A stretch of DNA of 64,000 nt from Dehalococcoidia bacterium (GTDB lineage: Bacteria > Chloroflexota > Dehalococcoidia > SM23-28-2 > RBG-16-64-32): positions 352,001-416,000 of the forward strand of contig CAXXTF010000001.1 in the NCBI GenBank assembly GCA_963665775.2. Reading direction: 5' to 3'. The translations under genes were made by a program, and so were the position numbers. The notes below the pieces were generated by a model. It had not been told where the DNA came from. It saw only the letters and a list, made by a program, of their open reading frames with translations, and made no database searches. Below are positions 18,236-29,344 of the stretch, piece by piece. The first letter of the stretch is position 1, and each line of letters begins with the position of its first letter.

Positions 18236-18263
18236 GGAACTGGGAACTGGGAACTGGGAACTG
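18236..18263. repeat. Heptamer tandem repeat (GGAACTG)x4
   Basis: Read directly in the tRNA-tuf spacer. Confidence 0.85.
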
Positions 18264-18314
18264 GCTCCGACTGAGCCTGCTCCCCTCCGGCTCCTTTTTC
18301 CATCTCCCTGCATC

Positions 18315-18390
18315 TGGAGCCCACGACCGGATTCGAACCGGTGACCCCGTTCTTACCAAGAACGTGCTCTACCTGCTGAGCTACGTGGGC
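18315..18390 (-). tRNA. tRNA-Thr(GGT)
   Basis: GCCCACG acceptor, anticodon loop TTGGTAA, GGTTCGAATCC, encoded CCA. Confidence 0.96.
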
Positions 18391-18404
18391 TTTTAAGCAT
18401 CAGC

Positions 18405-18492
18405 TGGTGGCGGGGGCAGGATTCGAACCTGCGTAGCCCGTCAGGGCGCCGGGTTTACAGCCCGGTGGTATTAACCACTCACCCACCCCGCC
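18405..18492 (-). tRNA. tRNA-Tyr(GTA)
   Basis: Anticodon loop CTGTAAA, long variable arm, GGTTCGAATCC, encoded CCA. Confidence 0.96.
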
Positions 18493-18505
18493 TAATTCCA
18501 GATTC

Positions 18506-18580
18506 TGGAGCCGAAGGGGGGAGTCGAACCCCCAACCTAGCGATTACAAATCGCTTGCGCTACCGTTGCGCCACTTCGGC
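18506..18580 (-). tRNA. tRNA-Thr(TGT)
   Basis: GCCGAAG acceptor, anticodon loop TTTGTAA, GGTTCGACTCC, encoded CCA. Confidence 0.95.
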
Positions 18581-18642
18581 CTCGCCTCCCCGGCGGGCGC
18601 CTATAATTCAAAGCTCGCTCCCAAAGGAGCGACACCTACCGT

Positions 18643-18672
18643 AGTATAGTCATGTAGAAAGGCCAAAGTCAA
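18643..18672 (-). promoter_or_regulatory. Sigma70-type promoter of the tRNA-tuf operon
   Basis: Minus strand TTGACT-N18-TATACT. Confidence 0.6.
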
Positions 18673-18848
18673 GAATTCCCGTCTCCACAGGGAACCCCGG
18701 GGCTCCCGCTTCTTTGATAGTTTGGAAAGCCCCCTATCATCCTCCCCACATTGACATAAGCTAGTTGACTCCCCTGCCTACCCCTTGGTATTGTTCCGCC
18801 GTCTGCTCCCCCCAGCCACCCTAATGTACCGTACTTGGAGGGGTCCAA

Positions 18849-20183
18849 ATGGTCGAGCCCGCCGCCCAGCGGATCTGGGAAGCTGCCCTAGGCCAGCTTC
18901 AGATTCACGTCACGAAACCCAACTACGAGACCTGGCTCAAGGACACCGTGGGCCTACACTTTGCTGACGGCCGGTTCGTCGTCGGCGCCCCTACCGAGTT
19001 CGTCAAGGAATGGCTGTCCACACGGATGCGCAGCCTCGTCTCGCAGACCGTGGGGGGCATCGTAGGACAGCCTACGGAGGTGTCCTTCCAGATCATCACG
19101 CATGAAAACGGCGGCACTGGAAACGGCGCCACAGCTTCACCCGCCCAGACCGCAAAGCCGACGCCATATCCACACCCCAACCCAAAGCTCACCTTCACCA
19201 GCTTCATCGTTGGCCCCTCCAATCACCTGGCCGCTTCCGCCGCGCTGGCCGCAGCGGAGCAGCCGGGCAAGGGCTACAACCCCCTGTTCATCTACAGCGC
19301 CCCAGGCCTCGGTAAAACACACCTTCTGCAAGCCATCGCCCAGCGTGCGGCCAGCACGAACTACAACACGCTGTACGTGACCTCAGAGCGATTTACCAAC
19401 GACTTCGTCACGGCCATTACTCAGAGCCGCAGCGATGAGTTCCGCCAGCGCTACCGATCCCTGCAGCTCCTCCTCGTCGACGACGTTCAGTTTCTAGCCG
19501 GAAAAGAGCGGACCCAGGAAGAGTTCTTCTACACGTTCAATGAACTCCACGCCGCCGGATGCCAGCTCGTCCTGGCCAACGACCGCCCACCATCCGACAT
19601 CTGCGGCATCGAAAGTCGCCTCAGCTCCCGCTTCCAGTGGGGCCTTATCGCCGATATCCAGCCCCCAGACCTCCCGACACGCCTCACTATCCTTCAACGC
19701 AAGGCCCGCGAGCAACAGGTTGACCTGCATCCAGACGTAAGCCTATTCCTGGCCAACCGCACGCGTAACAATATCCGGGAGCTAGAGGGATCACTCAACC
19801 GGGTTATCGCCTACGCCCACCTCCCTGGTGTCGCCCCGATCACCCTCAGCATCACGCATCAGGCTCTCGCCGCACTCACCCCCGCACCAGACACCTCCTC
19901 AGACCCAGACCAGATTCTCCAAGCCGTCGCCTCCTACTTCCGAATCTCCTCTAAGACTCTCACCAGTAAGCTGCGGACCCAGGCCGTCGCCAACGCTCGC
20001 CACATCGCTATGTACCTCCTCCGCGAGGACTCTCAACTCCCGCTCAAACGCATCGGTCTTCTCCTCGGCCACCGCGATCACGCCACCGTTATTCACGGTG
20101 TTCAGAAGATAACCCGCGCCATCAACAATGACCCCCAACTTCTCACACAGATCGCTGAAATCCGCACCTCTGTTCGCCGTTAG
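18849..20183 (+). CDS. dnaA: Chromosomal replication initiator DnaA
   Basis: YNPLFIY..GLGKTHLL, LLVDDVQFL, QEEFFYTFN, SRFQWGL, RELEGSL, RDHATV. Confidence 0.98.
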   Translation: MVEPAAQRIWEAALGQLQIHVTKPNYETWLKDTVGLHFADGRFVVGAPTEFVKEWLSTRMRSLVSQTVGGIVGQPTEVSFQIITHENGGTGNGATASPAQTAKPTPYPHPNPKLTFTSFIVGPSNHLAASAALAAAEQPGKGYNPLFIYSAPGLGKTHLLQAIAQRAASTNYNTLYVTSERFTNDFVTAITQSRSDEFRQRYRSLQLLLVDDVQFLAGKERTQEEFFYTFNELHAAGCQLVLANDRPPSDICGIESRLSSRFQWGLIADIQPPDLPTRLTILQRKAREQQVDLHPDVSLFLANRTRNNIRELEGSLNRVIAYAHLPGVAPITLSITHQALAALTPAPDTSSDPDQILQAVASYFRISSKTLTSKLRTQAVANARHIAMYLLREDSQLPLKRIGLLLGHRDHATVIHGVQKITRAINNDPQLLTQIAEIRTSVRR

Positions 20184-20400
20184 CCATAGCAGGACCTCAA
20201 CCCCTCACCCAGAGTAGCGTTACCCCCTTGGGTTCCTAATTCCTTATGAACGAATATGCCACACCTCATCCCCCTCTCTCCACATAATCCCCACAGCCCC
20301 GCTGTAGCCATACAGTCAGGCCTCACCACACTATCCACACACCTACGACTAATACTCCGCATCCACACTCTTCAACCACTTGCTTATAATAAGAATTACT
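20184..20400. other. Putative replication origin oriC
   Basis: Co-oriented DnaA-box-like 9-mers (CTCTCCACA 20276, CTCACCACA 20322, CTATCCACA 20331, GCATCCACA 20359), trio-like TAC GAC TAA TAC 20344-20355, AT-rich end, visible C-rich to G-rich switch on the + strand. Confidence 0.75.
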
Positions 20401-21666
20401 ATGATCGATCGTATTGATATCACAGTTACTGGCGGCAATGGGGGCGCTGGCTGTGTGAGCTTCCGGCGGGAGAAGTATGTTCCACTGGGTGGCCCTGATG
20501 GAGGTGATGGTGGGCGTGGGGGGTCAGTTCTATTGATAGTGGTGGGGTCCGTGAGAACGCTGAAGGAGATAGGCCGAAAGAGAACATATACCGCTGGGAA
20601 AGGCAGAAATGGTGCGGGGGGTAACCGTATTGGACGCGGAGGAGGGGATGTAGTGATCCAGGTGCCACGAGGCACGGAGGTATGGTGTGTGGGAGCGGAG
20701 CCAGGCGAATGGAACAGGTTAGCTGATCTTTTGGATGCGGGTCAGGTGCTCTCTGTAGCGAGAGGGGGAAGGGGGGGGTGGGGTAACGGGCGGTTCGCAA
20801 CGTCAATACATAGAGCACCCAGAATAGCCCAACGGGGGCAGGACGGTGAGCGGCGGCTACTACGGCTAGAACTCAAGCTGCTGGCGGATATCGGCCTTAT
20901 CGGCCAGCCGAATGCGGGCAAGTCAACGTTGCTGAGGTCGATGTCACAGGCTCGTCCAAAGGTGGCGGATTATCCATTCACAACGTTGGAGCCGGTGCTT
21001 GGCGTCGTGGACTGTGGTTGGCAAACGTTCGTGGCAGCGGATTTGCCGGGCTTGATTGAGGGGGCGCACAGCGGGGTCGGTCTAGGCCTCGAGTTCCTGA
21101 GGCATGTCGAGAGGACGAAAGTGATTGTGCACTTGGTCGACGGCAGTGTTGAGGAGCCGCTCCAAGGGATGGAGCTCGTCAACGAGGAGTTAAGGCGATA
21201 TGGCAAGAGGCTAGGCGACAGACGGCAAATCGTAGTGGTAAGCAAGATTGACATCTCAGAAGTGAGCGAGAGACAGGAGGAGCTGACACGGCAGTTCGCG
21301 GCGAGGAATGTAGAGCTGCTATTCGTGTCTGGTGTGACCGGTAAGGGGGTTGCTGACCTGATCCAGCGGCTTGCGGCGGTGCTCCACGAGCTGGAAGATG
21401 CGCCGACGGAGGTGAGACTAGAGGTCAAGCGACCAGCTCCCATCCAGCGTGGGGTCCAGATTCGCCGAGAGGATGACGTGTTTTGTGTGGAGGGTGAGCG
21501 GGTAGTGGTCTTCGCGGAGATGATGCCCGTAGAGGAGGAGGAGGGGAGAGCCGAGCTGTGGCGAAGGCTGAAGAGGTGGGGAGTAAACAGCGCCCTGCGT
21601 CGGGCGGGAGCGAAGCCGGGGGACCGCGTGCGACTGGGTGCGGTCGAGCTGGAGTACTTGGGGTGA
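20401..21666 (+). CDS. obgE: GTPase ObgE/CgtA
   Basis: GGNGGAGCVSFRREKYVPLGGPDGGDGG, GQPNAGKST, DYPFTT, DLPG. Confidence 0.97.
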   Translation: MIDRIDITVTGGNGGAGCVSFRREKYVPLGGPDGGDGGRGGSVLLIVVGSVRTLKEIGRKRTYTAGKGRNGAGGNRIGRGGGDVVIQVPRGTEVWCVGAEPGEWNRLADLLDAGQVLSVARGGRGGWGNGRFATSIHRAPRIAQRGQDGERRLLRLELKLLADIGLIGQPNAGKSTLLRSMSQARPKVADYPFTTLEPVLGVVDCGWQTFVAADLPGLIEGAHSGVGLGLEFLRHVERTKVIVHLVDGSVEEPLQGMELVNEELRRYGKRLGDRRQIVVVSKIDISEVSERQEELTRQFAARNVELLFVSGVTGKGVADLIQRLAAVLHELEDAPTEVRLEVKRPAPIQRGVQIRREDDVFCVEGERVVVFAEMMPVEEEEGRAELWRRLKRWGVNSALRRAGAKPGDRVRLGAVELEYLG

Positions 21667-22256
21667 GGCTAGGTATTCTGGGGGGAACCTTTGATCCGGT
21701 TCATCTGGGACACCTGGTTCTGGCAACGATGGCCGGCGAGCAGCTCTCCTTGGATCGGGTGCTGTTCGTCCCGGCGGGTCAGTCCTGGCGGAAGGCGGGG
21801 CGGCCTGTCGCGTCCGCGGAGCACCGGCTCCAGATGTTACGGCTGGCGACCGCGCACAACTCCGGCTTCGACGTTGTTCCCGTAGAGCTGGAACGGCCGG
21901 GCCCTTCCTACACGGTCGATACCCTGAAGTGGTTTCGGGAGCAGCAGGCCACCGCAGAGCTGTTCTTCATCGTGGGGCAGGACGCCCTGGCTGACCTGCC
22001 GAGCTGGCATCAGCCGGGCCAAATCCTGGAGCTGGCGGGTCTAGCTGTGGCGCACCGGCCCGGAGTGGAAGGTAGCCTGGAGCAGGCTGGTATCTCCCTG
22101 CCGATGCTTGAGGGACGTGTGGAATGGGTAACGATGCCACAGATTGAGATAAGCGCTACGATGATAAGGGAGCGAGTGAAGGATCGCCTTCCGATCCGGT
22201 ACCTCGTGCTGGATACGGTCGAGGCCTACATCCGTGAGCACGGGCTTTACCGATAG
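21663..22256 (+). CDS. nadD: Nicotinate-nucleotide adenylyltransferase
   Basis: GILGGTFDPVHLGH, SYTVDTL, FIVGQD, ISATMIR; GTG start overlaps the obgE stop. Confidence 0.95.
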   Translation: MRLGILGGTFDPVHLGHLVLATMAGEQLSLDRVLFVPAGQSWRKAGRPVASAEHRLQMLRLATAHNSGFDVVPVELERPGPSYTVDTLKWFREQQATAELFFIVGQDALADLPSWHQPGQILELAGLAVAHRPGVEGSLEQAGISLPMLEGRVEWVTMPQIEISATMIRERVKDRLPIRYLVLDTVEAYIREHGLYR

Positions 22257-22274
22257 TCCGGGGCTGGCTCCGAT

Positions 22275-22718
22275 TCAGATGACGTAGGTCAGCCGGACCT
22301 GAGCCGCCCGCTGAGCCGCCCAGTCGGCCATGTCGGTCAGCTCCCGTAGCCGCTCTGGTAGCTCCGGGAAGTCAGTCGTGATTGCGCTCAGCTCCGGCTG
22401 CTCCTCAATCGCCCCGGCTACCTGTCGGGCGCACTCAGCGAGGGGAGCTGCCTCCTGCCAGACGTCCGCCAGCAGCCGCTCGTCGTCGTCGTTCTCGGCG
22501 CGCGCGTCGGCGAAGGTGAGGAGGGGTGAGAGGTTGAGGTGGAGTCGGCGCTTCATGATGGAGGCGGCCCTGGAGAGGGGATGGTCGGCCCCGTAGCGCT
22601 CCGAATGGGCGAAGGAGATGAAGTAGACCAGATCCGCGCTATCCCCCATGAAATCTATGGGGCACTCTTCGTCGTCGGTGGTCTCGACGATGAGGATGGT
22701 AGGGGATGGCTGCGTCAT
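22275..22718 (-). CDS. Hypothetical protein
   Basis: 147-aa ORF with RBS GAGG following gyrB; protein-like composition. Confidence 0.7.
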   Translation of the reverse strand: MTQPSPTILIVETTDDEECPIDFMGDSADLVYFISFAHSERYGADHPLSRAASIMKRRLHLNLSPLLTFADARAENDDDERLLADVWQEAAPLAECARQVAGAIEEQPELSAITTDFPELPERLRELTDMADWAAQRAAQVRLTYVI

Positions 22719-22746
22719 TCCGCCTCTCGTTCAGGGCTGGAGCGGA

Positions 22747-24690
<1,944 letters not shown>

Positions 24691-24952
24691 CTATCATATC
24701 TGAACGTATTTGGCATGCCTCACGTTAACTGAGTGCTCCCTGAGTGATCTCCTCCGGCCCGCGCTGGCGAGTTCAGCCTGGAGATCGACGAGGTGAGGAA
24801 GGGTGATCGGGTGGTCAGACCCGGCGGTTATTCGGCCGCCGGAGGGAGCGCAGCTGACCCTCCGCCTGCCCAGGGGCGCATAGAGATCGCAACTTCGCTG
24901 CCGGTAATCCATCGTTGGGCTCTCCGCCGGCGTATGACTAGGGGAGGATACC

Positions 24953-25138
24953 GTGTCTGATTCGTCGCCAGAGGCCGACTTGCGGCCCTCCTGGAGCCGG
25001 GCTGCCCTCATCGCCTTCCTGATAGTAGTTGTGATCCTGCCCGTAGCGGTGGGCATCAACGCGGTCATCGGCAGCACGATTCACTGGGATATGGTCTCTC
25101 TCGTGGCTGCGGTGGCTTCCTGGGCCTCACGCTGGTGA
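24953..25138 (+). CDS. Small membrane protein
   Basis: RBS GGGGAGGA before GTG; two hydrophobic stretches. Confidence 0.5.
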   Translation: MSDSSPEADLRPSWSRAALIAFLIVVVILPVAVGINAVIGSTIHWDMVSLVAAVASWASRW

Positions 25139-25241
25139 TCCGCTACTCGCGCTGATAGCGGCGCCACCTCGCATGGCGGAGGCGCTGCCGATTCGCCTAT
25201 AATGGGGGGCACGAGCAGGATAAGCGCGTCGCGGCGCGCCT

Positions 25242-25784
25242 GTGCCGACAATCATGCTGGATCGCCTCCGTCGCCTTTTCGCCCGTGAGCACGAGCGGTT
25301 CGCGGAGCTGGCGGAGATCACGCTCAGGCCCATCGGCGTGGTCCGCAACCGGGTCCGGCAGCCCATGCCCTCGGGCTGGCGGGAGGTCACCTCCCGCATC
25401 GTCGTGCGCCCGGAGGTGGAGGGTGCCCTCCTTGGGCTGGACGCCTACTCGCACATCCTGGTCCTGTTCTGGCCTCACCTGGTGGCGGAGGATGTGCGCG
25501 GCTCCAAGCAGCGCCTGCACCCCCTGGACGACCCCCAGTACCCTCTACAGGGTGTTCTGGCTACCCGCAGTCAGATACGATTCAATCCCCTCCTGGTCAG
25601 CGCTGTACCCCTGCTAGGGGTGAGGCGCAACGTCCTTCAAGTGCGCGGCCTTGATGCTGTGGACGGGACACCGGTGCTGGACGTCAAGCCGTACATCCCC
25701 CACTACGATGCGGTGGCCGATGCTCAGGTGCCCCAATGGGTGCTGGAGCGGGCGGAAGGGCCGCCGCCAGCACCGCAACGCTGA
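25242..25784 (+). CDS. tsaA: TsaA/TrmO-like SAM-dependent tRNA methyltransferase
   Basis: LRPIGVV, GLDAYSHILVLF, GVLATRSQ.R.NP, GLDAVDGTPVLDVKPY. Confidence 0.85.
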   Translation: MPTIMLDRLRRLFAREHERFAELAEITLRPIGVVRNRVRQPMPSGWREVTSRIVVRPEVEGALLGLDAYSHILVLFWPHLVAEDVRGSKQRLHPLDDPQYPLQGVLATRSQIRFNPLLVSAVPLLGVRRNVLQVRGLDAVDGTPVLDVKPYIPHYDAVADAQVPQWVLERAEGPPPAPQR

Positions 25785-25795
25785 GAGATGGAGCG

Positions 25796-26479
25796 GTGAC
25801 CTGTCGCGAACGTCTTCTCGATATATACGAGCGGCTGTACGCGGTTCACGGGCCCCAGCGCTGGTGGCCGGGGGAGACGCCGTTCGAGGTTATCGTAGGG
25901 GCGATCCTTACTCAGTCCACGGCCTGGCGCAATGTCGAGGGGGCCATCACTAATCTAAAGGCGGCCGGAGCGCTTTCGCCGGAGGGGCTGAGCCGCCTCA
26001 GTGAGGGGGAACTGGCCCGCCTCATCTATCCCAGCGGCTACTTCAATGACAAGGCCCGGAAGCTTAAGGCTTTTCTGGCGCTGCTGTCTGAGCGGTTCCA
26101 GGGCGATCTCGAGGCGCTGCTGGCGTCCCCTAGCGAGGCGCTACGACCCCTGCTCCGGGCTACCCACGGGATCGGGCCGGAGACAGCCGACTCGATTCTG
26201 CTGTACGCCGCTGGACGGCCGGCCTTCGTCGTGGACGCCTATACGCGGCGGCTCTTCTCCAGGCTGGAACTGGCACCCCAGAGGGACACCTATGAAGGGT
26301 GGCAGCGGCTGTTCATGGACGCCCTGCCGCCGGAGGCGCCGCTGTTCAACGAGTACCACGGTCTGATCGTGCGCCACGGCAAGGAGGTGTGCCGCCGGCG
26401 GCCTCTATGTACGGAGTGTCCCCTCCTTGCCGTGTGCCCGGCAGGCCGGGCGCAGGTCGCCGGAGCGGGCAGCCAATAG
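25796..26479 (+). CDS. Endonuclease III-related HhH-GPD glycosylase with 4Fe-4S motif
   Basis: WWPGETPFEVIVGAILTQ, GIGPETADSILLY, VVDAYT, C-x5-C-x2-C-x5-C cluster. Confidence 0.9.
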   Translation: MTCRERLLDIYERLYAVHGPQRWWPGETPFEVIVGAILTQSTAWRNVEGAITNLKAAGALSPEGLSRLSEGELARLIYPSGYFNDKARKLKAFLALLSERFQGDLEALLASPSEALRPLLRATHGIGPETADSILLYAAGRPAFVVDAYTRRLFSRLELAPQRDTYEGWQRLFMDALPPEAPLFNEYHGLIVRHGKEVCRRRPLCTECPLLAVCPAGRAQVAGAGSQ

Positions 26480-26543
26480 CAGGTGTAACAGCAGGCGCCG
26501 TATTGCGTCTACATATACAGTCCCAAACCCTCCCTTTTGGGCG

Positions 26544-26586
26544 CATCACAGGAAAGCTCCGGCAGGCTTTCCTGTGATGTCTTTTT
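26544..26586 (+). terminator. Intrinsic terminator between convergent genes
   Basis: 14-bp stem CATCACAGGAAAGC/GCTTTCCTGTGATG followed by TCTTTTT. Confidence 0.8.
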
Positions 26587-26627
26587 GGGGCCATAGCGCA
26601 CTGCCCGCGAAGACGCCGGGCGGTGCG

Positions 26628-27980
26628 TCAGTCGATCCCCAGCTGCCGCTTGAAGTCCGGGTCCAGGGCGGCCAGGGCGCCCATCTCTAGAAGCGTTTCG
26701 AGGGGCCACTCGAGGTCCGTGCGTATAGCCTCGATGGGAGCTTCGAACAGGGGCGTATCGCCGATAGCCTTCTCCGCTTCGAGGTCGGCGAGCTCTTCGT
26801 CGCTTAGGCCGAGAAGCCCCTGGAGCACCTCGCGGTTGTGCTCCCCCAGCTTCGGGGCTGGGCCGCGGCTGGCCGCCTCGAAGGCGGAGAAGCGGGCGCC
26901 GAGCTGCCTGGGAACAGGCCTGGGCCCGATGCCGGGCTGATCGATCGTCTCGAAGTGGTCGCGCTCTCGCAGGTGTGGGTTCAGGAGGACCTGCTTGGGG
27001 TCCAGGACGGCGGCGGCGATGATCCCGGCTCCCTGGAGGAGGCTCATCGCCTCGATATGGTCCTGCTGGCGGGTCCAGGCGGCGATGAGTTCGTCCAACT
27101 GGTCGTGGTGGCGGAGGCGGCCCAGGACATCGCCGAAGCGCTCGTCCTCGGCCCACTGGGGCTGGTCACTGGCGTCGCAGAAGGCCCGCCATTCGGCGTC
27201 GCCACGGATGGTGAGGACGAGCCAGCGGTCATCGCCGCGGCAGGGGTAGCAGCCCTGCGGAGCGAACCAGGGGCTGCGGTTGCCCCGGCGCGAGGGGAGG
27301 CGCTGGTTGAGGATGTAGTCCATGAGGGCGTAGCCGACGACCGGGATAGCCGCTTCCTGCTCCGAGAGGTCGATGTACTGGCCCTTGCCGGTGCGGCGGC
27401 GGTAGTGGAGGGCGGTCAGGACGGCCCCTGCCCCCAGGATGCCGCTATAGGGGTCGGTGAAGGAGATGCCGGTGCGTGCGGGATCGCCGCCGGGGTAGCC
27501 GGTCAGTGAGGAGATGCCGGAGGCGGGCTCCAGCCCCATGCCGTAGGCGGAGTAATCGCGCCAGGGGCCGTCCTGGCCGTAGCCGGAGAGGCTGATCATG
27601 ATGAGGTCCGGCTTGATGCGACGAAGGGATTGGTAGTCGAGGCCGTGCTGGGCCATGACGCGCGGGGTAAAGCTCTCCACGACCACGTCGGCGTGGGGGA
27701 CGAGCCGTTTGAACAGCGCCACGGCTTGTGGGGTGGCGAAGTCCAGGGTGAGGGACTTCTTGCCGGCGTTGCGATAGAGGAAATAGCCCATCCGGTTCCA
27801 GAAGTCGCCCTCGGCGTTGTTATCGGCGATGACGAGGCCGCGGGTGACGTCGACCCGCTTGAGGCCCTCGATCTTGATGACCTCGGCGCCCAGGTTGCCG
27901 AGGATGCGGGTGCAGGTGGGCCCAGCGTAGACCTGGGCCAGGTCCAGGACGCGGACACCGGAGAGGGGGAGGTCAGACAT
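26628..27980 (-). CDS. Family III (CaiB/BaiF) CoA-transferase, catalytic Asp subunit
   Basis: [43 protein letters not shown]; start ATG 27980. Confidence 0.93.
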   Translation of the reverse strand: MSDLPLSGVRVLDLAQVYAGPTCTRILGNLGAEVIKIEGLKRVDVTRGLVIADNNAEGDFWNRMGYFLYRNAGKKSLTLDFATPQAVALFKRLVPHADVVVESFTPRVMAQHGLDYQSLRRIKPDLIMISLSGYGQDGPWRDYSAYGMGLEPASGISSLTGYPGGDPARTGISFTDPYSGILGAGAVLTALHYRRRTGKGQYIDLSEQEAAIPVVGYALMDYILNQRLPSRRGNRSPWFAPQGCYPCRGDDRWLVLTIRGDAEWRAFCDASDQPQWAEDERFGDVLGRLRHHDQLDELIAAWTRQQDHIEAMSLLQGAGIIAAAVLDPKQVLLNPHLRERDHFETIDQPGIGPRPVPRQLGARFSAFEAASRGPAPKLGEHNREVLQGLLGLSDEELADLEAEKAIGDTPLFEAPIEAIRTDLEWPLETLLEMGALAALDPDFKRQLGID

Positions 27981-29179
27981 CAGGTGATCCCCCGCTCGCG
28001 CAGAATAACCGTGTCTTCCGGGCTGTAGTCCAGCTCCAGGAGGAGTTCCTGGGTATGCTGGCCCAGGAGGGGAGCGGCCCCGTGGCGCAGGGGTGTCTCG
28101 CTCATCCGAAAAGGGGGGCCGGCCAGGGGTAGGCGGCCCAGTTCCGGCTGCTCGATCTCCCGGAAGAATTCGCGCTCCTTCAGGTGCGCATTCTGGAGGA
28201 GCGTCTTCGGGTCGAGGACGGCGGCGAAGGGCATGCGGAGCTCTTGGGCGCGGGTCAGGATCTCCTGCCAGTCGTGCTCCAGCAGATAGGGGCGGGCGAT
28301 CTCCTCGAACTGGCGCCACTCGATGGCACGCATCCATAGGTTCTGGAACAGAATCAGCTGTTCCAGAACCGGCTGCTCCAGGAGAATGGCCATTCCGGTG
28401 GGGAAGCCGCTGACGCCGCCTATGACAACGATGTGGCCGTCCTTGCAGGGGAAGATGTCGGCTGGGTAGGCCGCGACGTGATGTCGTGAGTAGAAGCGCT
28501 TGCGGACGGCGCCCAGGAAGGAGTACATGGTGGTGTTGTACTCGTCGGCGGCGCCCATCGACTCCAGCATCGAGACGTCCAGGTGCTGGCCCTGGCCGGT
28601 GCTCTCCCGGTGCTCCAGGGCGGCGAGGACGGCCACCCAGCCGTTAAGGGCTGCGAAGTACTCGGCCGGCTCGCCGCCGGTGCAGAGGGGCTCTTTGTCC
28701 GGGTCGCCGGTGACGTACATGAGGCCGGAGAGGGCCATGCAGGCCAGGGAGTTGCCCACGAAGTCTCGGTAGGGCCCGGTCTGGCCGAAGGGGGTGATGG
28801 AGCAATAGACGAGCTGCGGAAATTCGGACTTCAGGTCGTCGTAGCCCAGATCGAGGCCGGCGAGATGGCCGGGCGCATCGTTCTCAACCAGGACATCGGC
28901 CTTGGCCAAGAGCTTGCGGAGGACGACGCGGCCGCTTTGGGTCTGGAGGTCCAGGGTGATGCCCTTCTTGCTGGCGTTGAGGTGGACGAAGAGGCCGGCC
29001 CTATCGGGGTCGGGTATATCGTCTGGGAAGGGACCCAGGTTGCGGGCGTAGTCCCCCCCGGGCGGCTCGACCTTGATCACATCCGCGCCCGAGTCGGCCA
29101 GGAGACGGGTGCAGTAGGGGCCGGCGATCCCCTGGCTGAGGTCGATTACGCGGAGCCCCTCAAGGGCGAGGTCTGACAT
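27980..29179 (-). CDS. Family III CoA-transferase, subunit lacking the catalytic Asp
   Basis: LEGLRVIDL, GADVIKVEPP, PFGQTGPY; AEY at the position of the usual D. Confidence 0.92.
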   Translation of the reverse strand: MSDLALEGLRVIDLSQGIAGPYCTRLLADSGADVIKVEPPGGDYARNLGPFPDDIPDPDRAGLFVHLNASKKGITLDLQTQSGRVVLRKLLAKADVLVENDAPGHLAGLDLGYDDLKSEFPQLVYCSITPFGQTGPYRDFVGNSLACMALSGLMYVTGDPDKEPLCTGGEPAEYFAALNGWVAVLAALEHRESTGQGQHLDVSMLESMGAADEYNTTMYSFLGAVRKRFYSRHHVAAYPADIFPCKDGHIVVIGGVSGFPTGMAILLEQPVLEQLILFQNLWMRAIEWRQFEEIARPYLLEHDWQEILTRAQELRMPFAAVLDPKTLLQNAHLKEREFFREIEQPELGRLPLAGPPFRMSETPLRHGAAPLLGQHTQELLLELDYSPEDTVILRERGIT

Positions 29180-29344
29180 GGGTTGTTCTCCTCAAGTGAG
29201 GCAGTTTCGAGGGAGATGATACTATAGGGAAGCGGCAACCCGGAACACGGCTACCCAATCTGGGGGAAGATGCGGCCTCCCGCCCCCGGTTTCTTGTTCG
29301 CAGTTGCTTTGCTACAATGCGGGTCGCTGGAGGTATGCCTGACC

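Noticed and set aside
18236-18263. (GGAACTG)x4 as a functional or phase-variable element
   Set aside because: Intergenic short tandem repeat with no link to a reading frame; a degenerate similar run lies near 29227-29255. Kept only as a feature
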